32,000 bases of DNA, taken from positions 90,001 through 122,000 of the forward strand of contig JBAZRV010000002.1 in assembly GCA_041662745.1 (NCBI GenBank), read 5' to 3'. The DNA is from Patescibacteria group bacterium (lineage in GTDB: Bacteria > Patescibacteriota > Patescibacteriia > 2-01-FULL-39-33). Below, piece after piece: positions 7,029 to 13,827 of this stretch. Under the pieces are notes generated by a model. The model worked only from the letters and a program-made list of their open reading frames with translations. It ran no database searches and was not told the origin of the DNA. Within the stretch, counting starts at the first letter, position 1; every line of letters begins with the position of its first letter. The translations under genes were made by a program, and so were the position numbers.

Positions 7029-9212
7029 ATGGACTGGCAAAAAAATATCAAGAATATCTTGCTTTGGGGAACACTTGCGGCCTTATGGACCCCGCTGATT
7101 TTTTATCGCCAGGCGATTTTCCCCTATATTTCTCCCAAAAATTTCTTTTTCCGCTTTATTGTGGCAGTTCTTTCTGCATTGCTGATTGGTTATATTTTAC
7201 AGAGGAAGAAGTTGGTTTTTTCAAGCCATAAGATATATTTTTCTTTTTTAGTTTTTCTGTTGGTTAATCTTATTGCCGCGATTTTCGCCGTAAATCCGCA
7301 ATTGGCTTTCTTCGGCAGTTTTGAGCGCATGGGAGGCTGGTTCAATTTATTCTTTTTGAGCCTGTTTTTTCTAATTGTTATTAATGTATTTGAAACTAAG
7401 GATGATTGGCTTAAATTACTGCGGTCATCAGTGATCTGTTCGGCGATATTATCCATTTATTCTTTGATTGTCCGCTTCGGCCATAACATTCCGGTCGGCT
7501 GGCCCAAAAACGGCGCCACCTTGGGAAATATTGATTTTTTGGGCGCTTACCTGATGCTTAGCGTATTCTTGGGCCTGTTAGCGTTTGTTTTGGAAAAAAA
7601 CAATAAATGGCGGATGGCTTATGGAGCCATTATAGCCATAAATCTTATAGTTTTGCTTCTGACCGCCGCGCGAGCCGGAATATTGGGCCTATTTTTCGGC
7701 TTGTTTATTTTCGCGATTTTTATTTTTATCAAGGCTGGTAAAAAAATCAAATACAGCCTTGCCGGCTTGTTAGTGATATTAATTTTATTCGGCGGCATCG
7801 CTTATCAGCAAAAGGATTCCGCTTGGGTTAGATCATTGCCATTTTTATATCGCTTCACTCAGATTTCCCTTAACGATGCCAGCACAAAAGACCGTTTGCT
7901 GGTTTGGTATGTTTCTTGGCAAGCCTTTGGAGATCGGCCGATCATCGGTTACGGATCGGAGAATGCCATTTACGGCTTGAATAAGTATTATAACCCCAGG
8001 GTGACGGAAATGTGGTTTGATCGGGCGCATAATTTTATTTTTGATATTTTGCTTGCCAGTGGTTTGATCGGCTTATTGTTTTATTTGTCAATTTTCGGCT
8101 TGGCTTTTTGGCTGATATTGAAGAATTTAAACCGTAATTATTATCTTGGGGCTATTTTATTTAGTTCTCTGGCCGGATATCTTGCCAGTAATCTATTTAA
8201 TTTCGATACCATCAGCTCCTGGCTACCTGTAATATTAATCTTGGCTTTTATCGGGCATTGGACAAAAAAAGAGAATAGTGAGAATAATCTCCCCCGATTG
8301 CTCGTTAAATTTGATTTTATTACGGCCGGCACGCTGATTTTTATTCTTGCTTTAGTCAGTTATTTTACGGTCTTGAAGCCGGCTTATGCCGGCTATTTCG
8401 GTTCGTATGGAAGTGCTTATGCCGATCAATACCCGGATAAAGCGATAGTTTTTATGGAACGAGCAATAAGCTTGAATACTTATGGCAATCGAGAGTTGGC
8501 TATGCAGTTGTCGGAGTTTGATCGGCAATATAATGAATCGTCGGAACTTGACTCTGTTAAAAAGAAGGAATATTTTGACATATCCGAAAAAGCCTTGTTG
8601 GATTATCTGAAATCTGACCCGAATAATATCCAACCCAAGATTTTTTTGGCCCTGCTCTATCAAAGTTTTGCCAAGGAAAATTCTTTTTATATTAGTGAAT
8701 CAATTCGGCTTATGGAGGGCAACATCAATAATTCACCTCAGAGAATCGAGATTTATAATATTTTAGCTCAGGGATATTATTTGAGGGGTGATTATGATCG
8801 GGCGGTTAAAAATCTAAAAGTTTCCTTATCAATCAATAATTGGGATGAAGACCAATATTTGAATTTGATCAATATCCTGTCGCAACGGAATGATTTGGCA
8901 GAAATGAATAAGTATATTAATGAGTTTTTGACTAATATCAAAAGTATTTCTCCCGACGGCTATAAGCGCTTGGGGCAGTATTATTTCAATGTCGGCAATG
9001 TCGATGAAGCTGAGCGCGTTGTCCGTGATTTGGCCATTCCTGCCAATCCTGACTATTTGCCGACCAGAATCGCCCTGGCCTCTATTTATGAATCTCGCGG
9101 CGAGTATGATCGGGCTATAAATTATACCCAAGAAATGATCAATATCCATCCAGAATGGGCAGAAACCCTAAATAATTATATTAAATATTTGAACGACAAG
9201 AAAAATAGGTAA
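7029..9212 (+). CDS. Wzy_C (O-antigen ligase-like) polytopic membrane protein with C-terminal TPR-like domain
   Basis: The ATG at 7029 is preferred over the TTG at 7002 because the upstream stop gives TAGtATG. Many TM helices. Signature DRLLVWYVSWQAFGDRPIIGYGSEN...WFDRAHNFIFD. The C-terminal ~270 aa are soluble with TPR-like repeats (YNILAQGYYLRGDYDRAVKNLKVSL, ASIYESRGEYDRAINYTQEMINIHPE). Confidence 0.75.
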   Translation: MDWQKNIKNILLWGTLAALWTPLIFYRQAIFPYISPKNFFFRFIVAVLSALLIGYILQRKKLVFSSHKIYFSFLVFLLVNLIAAIFAVNPQLAFFGSFERMGGWFNLFFLSLFFLIVINVFETKDDWLKLLRSSVICSAILSIYSLIVRFGHNIPVGWPKNGATLGNIDFLGAYLMLSVFLGLLAFVLEKNNKWRMAYGAIIAINLIVLLLTAARAGILGLFFGLFIFAIFIFIKAGKKIKYSLAGLLVILILFGGIAYQQKDSAWVRSLPFLYRFTQISLNDASTKDRLLVWYVSWQAFGDRPIIGYGSENAIYGLNKYYNPRVTEMWFDRAHNFIFDILLASGLIGLLFYLSIFGLAFWLILKNLNRNYYLGAILFSSLAGYLASNLFNFDTISSWLPVILILAFIGHWTKKENSENNLPRLLVKFDFITAGTLIFILALVSYFTVLKPAYAGYFGSYGSAYADQYPDKAIVFMERAISLNTYGNRELAMQLSEFDRQYNESSELDSVKKKEYFDISEKALLDYLKSDPNNIQPKIFLALLYQSFAKENSFYISESIRLMEGNINNSPQRIEIYNILAQGYYLRGDYDRAVKNLKVSLSINNWDEDQYLNLINILSQRNDLAEMNKYINEFLTNIKSISPDGYKRLGQYYFNVGNVDEAERVVRDLAIPANPDYLPTRIALASIYESRGEYDRAINYTQEMINIHPEWAETLNNYIKYLNDKKNR

Positions 9213-9340
9213 AATTAGGCAAATTAATAATTGTAAGTTATCCACAGCCGTACTTTTCTGTTCTTGATTATTATGTTATACTTAAATCAAGCTTTTTAGA
9301 TAAATATCCGCGTTATAGCGGTATAAAAAATTAAAAAAAT

Positions 9341-10552
9341 ATGGAAGGTAACAAATTCGGCCGGTTTTTATTTCTGGCCAAGACTTCAGTCTTAATGGTT
9401 GCGGTTATTTTTGCCGTAGTTATTTCGGCTTCAGTTGCTTTGGCAGCTGCTCCGGTAGCTCCGACAGGCGCTTATGTGTCAACTACCTCGACAAACTCAA
9501 TGGTTGTAACTTGGGTTTGGGGCAGTGGAACAGAAACATATTTTACGGTTGATCAATCAACTGACGGGTTAACTTACACTCATGTTTCATCGTCCATTGC
9601 GACCACAACTCTGAGTTATACTTTTGCTGGTTTATCTCCAGATACTTTGTACTATTTTAGAGTAGCTTCAGCCAGCAGTACTCATACGGCGACTTCATCT
9701 TACTCTACCACTTCAGCGGCCTATACTTTAGCCACGGCTCCAACTTCATCTAACGCTGTTGTGCAAAGTCCAAGTGTTATTAATTTTACTTGGACAGGCG
9801 ATGCCACAGCATATTATGCGGAGAATATTACTGCCGGGACAAATTCTGGCTGGGTAACTGACACGAATTTCAGTTCGACCGGCTTATCATGCAATACAAC
9901 TTATACCTTTTATGTTAAGGGCAGAAATGGCGATTTAGTTGCAACTGCATATTCCGATACTCAGTTGGCCACAATTAGTTGCGGCAGTGGTGGCGAAGAC
10001 CCCTCTCCTGCGACTCCGGCCACACCTGCCGTACCCGCCACTCCGGCCACGCCGGCTGTGCCGGGCGAAACCCCAGCCATTCCCGCTGTTCCTGCTACGC
10101 CAGCCATACCCGCATCCATTACTGTTAGTAATGTCCCTGGTTCAATTATAAAAGTCAACGCCAGCGACCGTCCGGCTGTTTATTATGTCATTGACGGCAA
10201 GAAATACTTGTTTGTCAATCGCGCCACTTATACGACCTGGAGCTCCGACGCCGGCGATAGCGCCAACAATTTCTCCACCCTTACCATGGTTTCTCAAGCG
10301 GAATTTGATGCTATTCCTACCGGTGGCAATCTAATCGCCAAACCCGGCAGTTTGATCAAGTTTGATAACAGTCCGATAATTTATGCCGTCGCCACCGGAG
10401 GCAAGCTGTATCAACTGGCCGATTCAGCCGCTCAGACCGCGCTTTACGGCACGGCTGTTCCGGCGGTAATCCAGACGGGCTTCAGAGACGGCTATTATGA
10501 CCATGGCAACGCTGTCGGCACTCTGACCGCCAGTTCGCAGAAACCGGAATAA
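9341..10552 (+). CDS. secreted protein: 2x fibronectin type III-like domains, Pro-Ala-Thr linker, C-terminal module shared with the giant surface protein
   Basis: 403 aa. N-terminal signal/TM. FN3-like segments (PTGAYVSTTSTNSMVVTW...LSPDTLYYFRV; VINFTWTGDATAYYAE...CNTTYTFYVKGRN). Linker PSPATPATPAVPATPATPAVPGETPAIPAVPATPAIPA. The C-terminal ~120 aa are about 60% identical to aa 45-153 of the 1189-aa protein by hand alignment. Confidence 0.8.
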   Translation: MEGNKFGRFLFLAKTSVLMVAVIFAVVISASVALAAAPVAPTGAYVSTTSTNSMVVTWVWGSGTETYFTVDQSTDGLTYTHVSSSIATTTLSYTFAGLSPDTLYYFRVASASSTHTATSSYSTTSAAYTLATAPTSSNAVVQSPSVINFTWTGDATAYYAENITAGTNSGWVTDTNFSSTGLSCNTTYTFYVKGRNGDLVATAYSDTQLATISCGSGGEDPSPATPATPAVPATPATPAVPGETPAIPAVPATPAIPASITVSNVPGSIIKVNASDRPAVYYVIDGKKYLFVNRATYTTWSSDAGDSANNFSTLTMVSQAEFDAIPTGGNLIAKPGSLIKFDNSPIIYAVATGGKLYQLADSAAQTALYGTAVPAVIQTGFRDGYYDHGNAVGTLTASSQKPE

Positions 10553-10574
10553 TTTTTATCTAAAGTAATTCTAT

Positions 10575-10607
10575 AAAACTCCCGCCTCATTCCGAAGCGG
10601 GAGTTTT
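10575..10607. terminator. hairpin terminator between convergent genes (usable on both strands)
   Basis: aaaactcccgc / gcgggagtttt with an 11-nt loop. GC core ctcccgc/gcgggag, flanked by an A-run and a T-run. Confidence 0.65.
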
Positions 10608-10642
10608 AAAAAAAAAATAAACCCCCGTTTTATAAACGGAGG
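10608..10642 (-). terminator. rho-independent terminator of the HD-domain gene
   Basis: On the minus strand: stem cctccgttt..aaacggggg (core ccgttt/aaacgg, 10625-10639) followed by tttatttttttttt. Confidence 0.65.
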
Positions 10643-10656
10643 TATTGAGAGAAGGT

Positions 10657-11361
10657 TCAAGCGCCGGCAATAAGCGGCGGTCCCAGTTTGTCGGCCGGCA
10701 AGGCCTTAGCTGTTTCCAGTGCTTCCCGCATTTCATGATTAAGGTAGCGACAGAAGTTCTGATTGATTTGTTCAATAGCCGGGATCATGGGCAGATAAAT
10801 CTCAACGGTTTCTTTGATTTTGCGGGATCGTTTTTCCGGAGCGCAATGGTGAATGGTGCGCATATTATGCAAGCGATCGCACAGTTTAATCAGCTTGACC
10901 CAGGAATTAGACCTATTGAGTTGCTGGAAATAGAATTGGTGCCTCTCGGAATCAGACTTGAAGCGCTGATCGTTTTTTGACGGCTTGGTCATGTTGACGA
11001 TCAAACCGGAGGCGCGTCGGCCGAAAACAGCCGTTAGCTTGCTGGGGGTAGCCAGGCGCAATAGCAATTCCGGGGCGTCCTCGCGAAAATCATGGAGCAG
11101 AGCGGCGATAATCAAATCCTTGTCCCAGATGCCCAATTCTTGCATGATAATTCGCGCCGTGTTCTTGCAGTGTTCAATATAAGGCGTGCCGTCATCGCGT
11201 TTCTGTTCATGATGGCCGACCTTGCCCATTTCGTAAGCGAAATCAACCAATTCAATATCTCCCGGCGACATTTTAAATCTCAGCAATTCAAGGAATTCTT
11301 GGTGGGATAAATGCGTTTCCTGATGCTTTTGACGCTTGATTTCGGTGTTGGCCTCTGGCAT
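10657..11361 (-). CDS. standalone HD-domain (p)ppGpp hydrolase-like protein (RelA/SpoT hydrolase-domain family, small alarmone hydrolase type)
   Basis: 234 aa. HHEQKRDDGTPYIEHCKNTARIIMQELGIWDKDLIIAALLHDFREDAPE matches the H..Q.R..G.PY..H....A.I.......D....AALLHD..ED hydrolase motif. No synthetase domain. Strong SD GGGAGGA 7 nt upstream. TGA stop. Confidence 0.7.
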   Translation of the reverse strand: MPEANTEIKRQKHQETHLSHQEFLELLRFKMSPGDIELVDFAYEMGKVGHHEQKRDDGTPYIEHCKNTARIIMQELGIWDKDLIIAALLHDFREDAPELLLRLATPSKLTAVFGRRASGLIVNMTKPSKNDQRFKSDSERHQFYFQQLNRSNSWVKLIKLCDRLHNMRTIHHCAPEKRSRKIKETVEIYLPMIPAIEQINQNFCRYLNHEMREALETAKALPADKLGPPLIAGA

Positions 11362-11470
11362 GGCTAAGTCCTCCCGCGGTTGTTCTTTTTAGAAGGTTCT
11401 TTTTGATTATTTATTGTAGCAATTACACGGAATATGTCAAGTTTATCGGTTATTGGTAATTTTTAAGATT

Positions 11471-11501
11471 GAAAAACAAAGCAGTTTCTGCTACCATCTA
11501 A
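11471..11501 (+). promoter_or_regulatory. candidate ECF-type promoter (GAAAAAC-N17-CATCTAA) abutting the start codon
   Basis: AAC at 11475-11477, 17-nt spacer, CATCTAA at 11495-11501, ATG at 11508. Same architecture as 381-416. Confidence 0.35.
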
Positions 11502-11507
11502 AATAGT

Positions 11508-12188
11508 ATGACAATAATTTTACCCTCCATAACCACCACCCGCCATGCCAATTGGCGACAAATGATCAGTGATTGCGATTCTTTGGGCATCAAAGAAACA
11601 GCTTTATTTTTAAGCGCCTTGCCGGCGGAAGAGCATGAAAAGCTTTATGAAGCGCTCAAGCAGTCAAATATCAAAAGCATACCTTTTGTGCATTTGCGTT
11701 CCGACATGCCGCCGGAGGAAGTTGATTATCTGATTGATAATTATGGCGCTAAAATGTTTAATATCCATAGCCAAAAACAATTTTATTTGAAGTATGATTT
11801 GTCGCGTTTTAAGTCCATGATTTACCTGGAGAATACCAACAACTCCATAACCGATGAAATAGGCGAGTGGGCAGGATTATGCTTAGACGTGTCACATCAT
11901 GAGAATAAACGGTTGTTGGGGCTGCCGCTTTACCGGGAAGTCGCAGAGTTGTTGAAAAAATATCCGGTTGGTTGTTGGCATTTGAATGCTATCGGACCGG
12001 AGCCGATAGTCAAGATTGAGGATGATGATTACGGCTATGACAAACACAACTTTGAAAATTTAAGCGAGTTTGATTATTGCGTCCGTTATCGGGAATACTT
12101 GCCGAAATATATTGCCTTGGAATTGGAAAACACCATAGCCGAACAATTGAAAGCGAAGGAATATGTAACTAAACTCTTAAATATTTAA
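11508..12188 (+). CDS. xylose isomerase-like TIM-barrel (AP endonuclease family 2-like) protein, function unknown
   Basis: 226 aa. Spaced metal-ligand-like motifs FNIHSQ, IYLEN, LCLDVSHH, CWHLNA and IALELEN, as in this fold family. Assignment by eye only. Confidence 0.4.
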   Translation: MTIILPSITTTRHANWRQMISDCDSLGIKETALFLSALPAEEHEKLYEALKQSNIKSIPFVHLRSDMPPEEVDYLIDNYGAKMFNIHSQKQFYLKYDLSRFKSMIYLENTNNSITDEIGEWAGLCLDVSHHENKRLLGLPLYREVAELLKKYPVGCWHLNAIGPEPIVKIEDDDYGYDKHNFENLSEFDYCVRYREYLPKYIALELENTIAEQLKAKEYVTKLLNI

Positions 12189-12757
12189 TGGAAAAAACAG
12201 CCGATGAAAAATTAGTCGCCGATTATTTGTCCGGCAAGGAACAGGCCTTAGAGGAGTTGGTTGCCAGATATTTTAAAGCCATTTATGGCTTTGTTTTCGG
12301 TTATGTCAGGAATCAGGACGAAGCCGAGGATTTGACTCAGGTAACATTCATTAAGGCTTGGCGGGGGATAAAGCGATTTGATTGCCGGAAAAATTTTAAG
12401 GTTTGGCTGTTTACTATCGCTAAGAACACCGCCTTGGACTATTTGAAAAAGAAAAAACCGCTTAACTTTTCCGCTTTTGAAAACGATGAAGGCGATAATA
12501 TGTTGGCAGAAACGTTAGCCGATCCCGGGCCGTTACCCGATGAGATTTTTGAACGCAATGATTTGAGCGAGTTATTAGCTGAGGCCGTAAACAATTTGCC
12601 GGCCCAATATCAGCCGGTTATCCGACTGCATCATGTTGCCGGTTTTTCTTTGTCGGAAATAGCGGAAATAACCGGCCAACCGCTTAATACGGTAAAAAGC
12701 CGGCACCGACGCGCCCTGCTGTTATTAAGGGAGTATTTAATCAAAAAATTTATCTAA
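12188..12757 (+). CDS. ECF-type RNA polymerase sigma factor (second copy)
   Basis: 189 aa. Region 2-like YFKAIYGFVFGYVRNQDEAEDLTQVTFIKAW. Region 4-like YQPVIRLHHVAGFSLSEIAEITGQPLNTVKSRHRRAL. The start overlaps the upstream stop (TAATG). Confidence 0.9.
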   Translation: MEKTADEKLVADYLSGKEQALEELVARYFKAIYGFVFGYVRNQDEAEDLTQVTFIKAWRGIKRFDCRKNFKVWLFTIAKNTALDYLKKKKPLNFSAFENDEGDNMLAETLADPGPLPDEIFERNDLSELLAEAVNNLPAQYQPVIRLHHVAGFSLSEIAEITGQPLNTVKSRHRRALLLLREYLIKKFI

Positions 12758-12774
12758 ATTTAGAATAAAAATAT

Positions 12775-12800
12775 TAAAGACGCAACCTAATGCGTCTTTA
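12775..12800 (+). other. perfect 10-bp hairpin between the sigma gene and the putative anti-sigma gene
   Basis: taaagacgca / tgcgtcttta with a 6-nt loop. No clear U-tract after it. Confidence 0.6.
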
Positions 12801-12818
12801 AATCGTATTAACAACCAT

Positions 12819-13223
12819 ATGCCGAAAGAATTAGGGAAAATTTTTTCCTCTTACCGTTCCCCCGAGCCGTCCGAAGAGTTATTTAATAAAATAACTTTAC
12901 GGCTTAAGTGGGAACAAGCTAAGCGAGCCAAGTTCCGTTTAGCGGTTTTTTCTTTGACTTTTGTCGCTTCATTAGCCGCCGTCGTACCGGCGTTACGTCT
13001 GATTTGGCAGGATGCCAGCCAATCCGGTTTTGCTGATTTTGTTTCTTTATTCTTTTCTGATCCCGATCTGGCGTTGGCTTATTGGCAGAATTTTGTTTTG
13101 GCGCTTTTGGAGGTCTTACCGGTTTTAAGCCTGGCTTTATTTGTGGCTGTTTTGGCTGTTTTTATGGAATCACTGAAATTACTGGTCAAAAATTTTAAGG
13201 GCGCTTATCCGCGTTTGGTTTAG
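12819..13223 (+). CDS. small membrane protein, putative anti-sigma factor
   Basis: 134 aa. Short cytoplasmic N-terminus followed by TM segments (FRLAVFSLTFVASLAAVVPAL; LPVLSLALFVAVLAVFM). Called by position after an ECF sigma gene. No zinc-binding anti-sigma motif seen. Confidence 0.45.
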   Translation: MPKELGKIFSSYRSPEPSEELFNKITLRLKWEQAKRAKFRLAVFSLTFVASLAAVVPALRLIWQDASQSGFADFVSLFFSDPDLALAYWQNFVLALLEVLPVLSLALFVAVLAVFMESLKLLVKNFKGAYPRLV

Positions 13224-13279
13224 CATTATCATCCGGCTTTCAGGCTTTTGACTTTATAAACCTTATAACTTATAAACAT

Positions 13280-13774
13280 ATGATTGATTTTAACAAGTTT
13301 TTCCAATCAAAAGTATTCCTGGGTATTATTTTGGGCATGATGATTTTTGTCTTGCTGCTGTTGGTTTTTCAGGCCGGCGCTTTTGTCGGCTTTAAGAAAG
13401 CCGAGTTTTCCTATCATTGGAGTGAAAATTACCAGCGCAACTTTGCCGGACCGCAACGCGGTTTTGCCGAGCCTTTCCAGGGCAAGGACCTGATCAATGC
13501 TCACGGCACTGCCGGTCAAATCATAAAGATTGACGGTTCGACGATTATTATTAAGGGCAATGATAATGTGGAAAGAGCTGTGTTGACTAAGGAAGATACG
13601 GTTATTAGAAGTTTGCGCGATACCATTAAGACCGGTGATCTTAAATTGAATGATTTGGTGGTGGTTATCGGCGATCCGGCGACTACCAGCGGCCAGATCA
13701 CCGCTAAGCTAATCAGAGTTATGCCGACTCCGCCGGCCGGAGCGCCAGCGGTAAACGGGCGGATATATTTTTAA
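13280..13774 (+). CDS. N-terminally anchored small extracytoplasmic protein (paralogous in architecture to 17656..18132)
   Basis: 164 aa. TM VFLGIILGMMIFVLLLLVF, then a beta-rich domain GQIIKIDGSTIIIKGNDNVERAVLTKEDTVI...GDLKLNDLVVVIGDPATTSGQITAKLIRVMP. Confidence 0.6.
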   Translation: MIDFNKFFQSKVFLGIILGMMIFVLLLLVFQAGAFVGFKKAEFSYHWSENYQRNFAGPQRGFAEPFQGKDLINAHGTAGQIIKIDGSTIIIKGNDNVERAVLTKEDTVIRSLRDTIKTGDLKLNDLVVVIGDPATTSGQITAKLIRVMPTPPAGAPAVNGRIYF

Positions 13775-13827
13775 AAAATAATCATCGGATTACATCATTT
13801 ATTTTATTGTTTAATGCTTCATAATTT

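Noticed and set aside
10001-10114. Short-period DNA repeat considered as a CRISPR-like or non-coding tandem array
   Set aside because: It is in frame within a long ORF and encodes a Pro-Ala-Thr linker. It has no spacer/repeat organisation.
10645-11310. Three plus-strand ORFs (10645..10980, 10985..11182, 11092..11310) opposite the HD-domain gene
   Set aside because: The minus-strand frame carries a clear RelA/SpoT-type HD hydrolase motif, an SD sequence and a terminator. The plus-strand ORFs have no recognisable features.
13248-13276. TTGACT-N17-TATAAA sigma70-like promoter immediately before the ATG at 13280
   Set aside because: The -10 element ends only 3 nt before the start codon, so a normal start site would fall inside the ORF. 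It cannot be supported as the promoter for this start.
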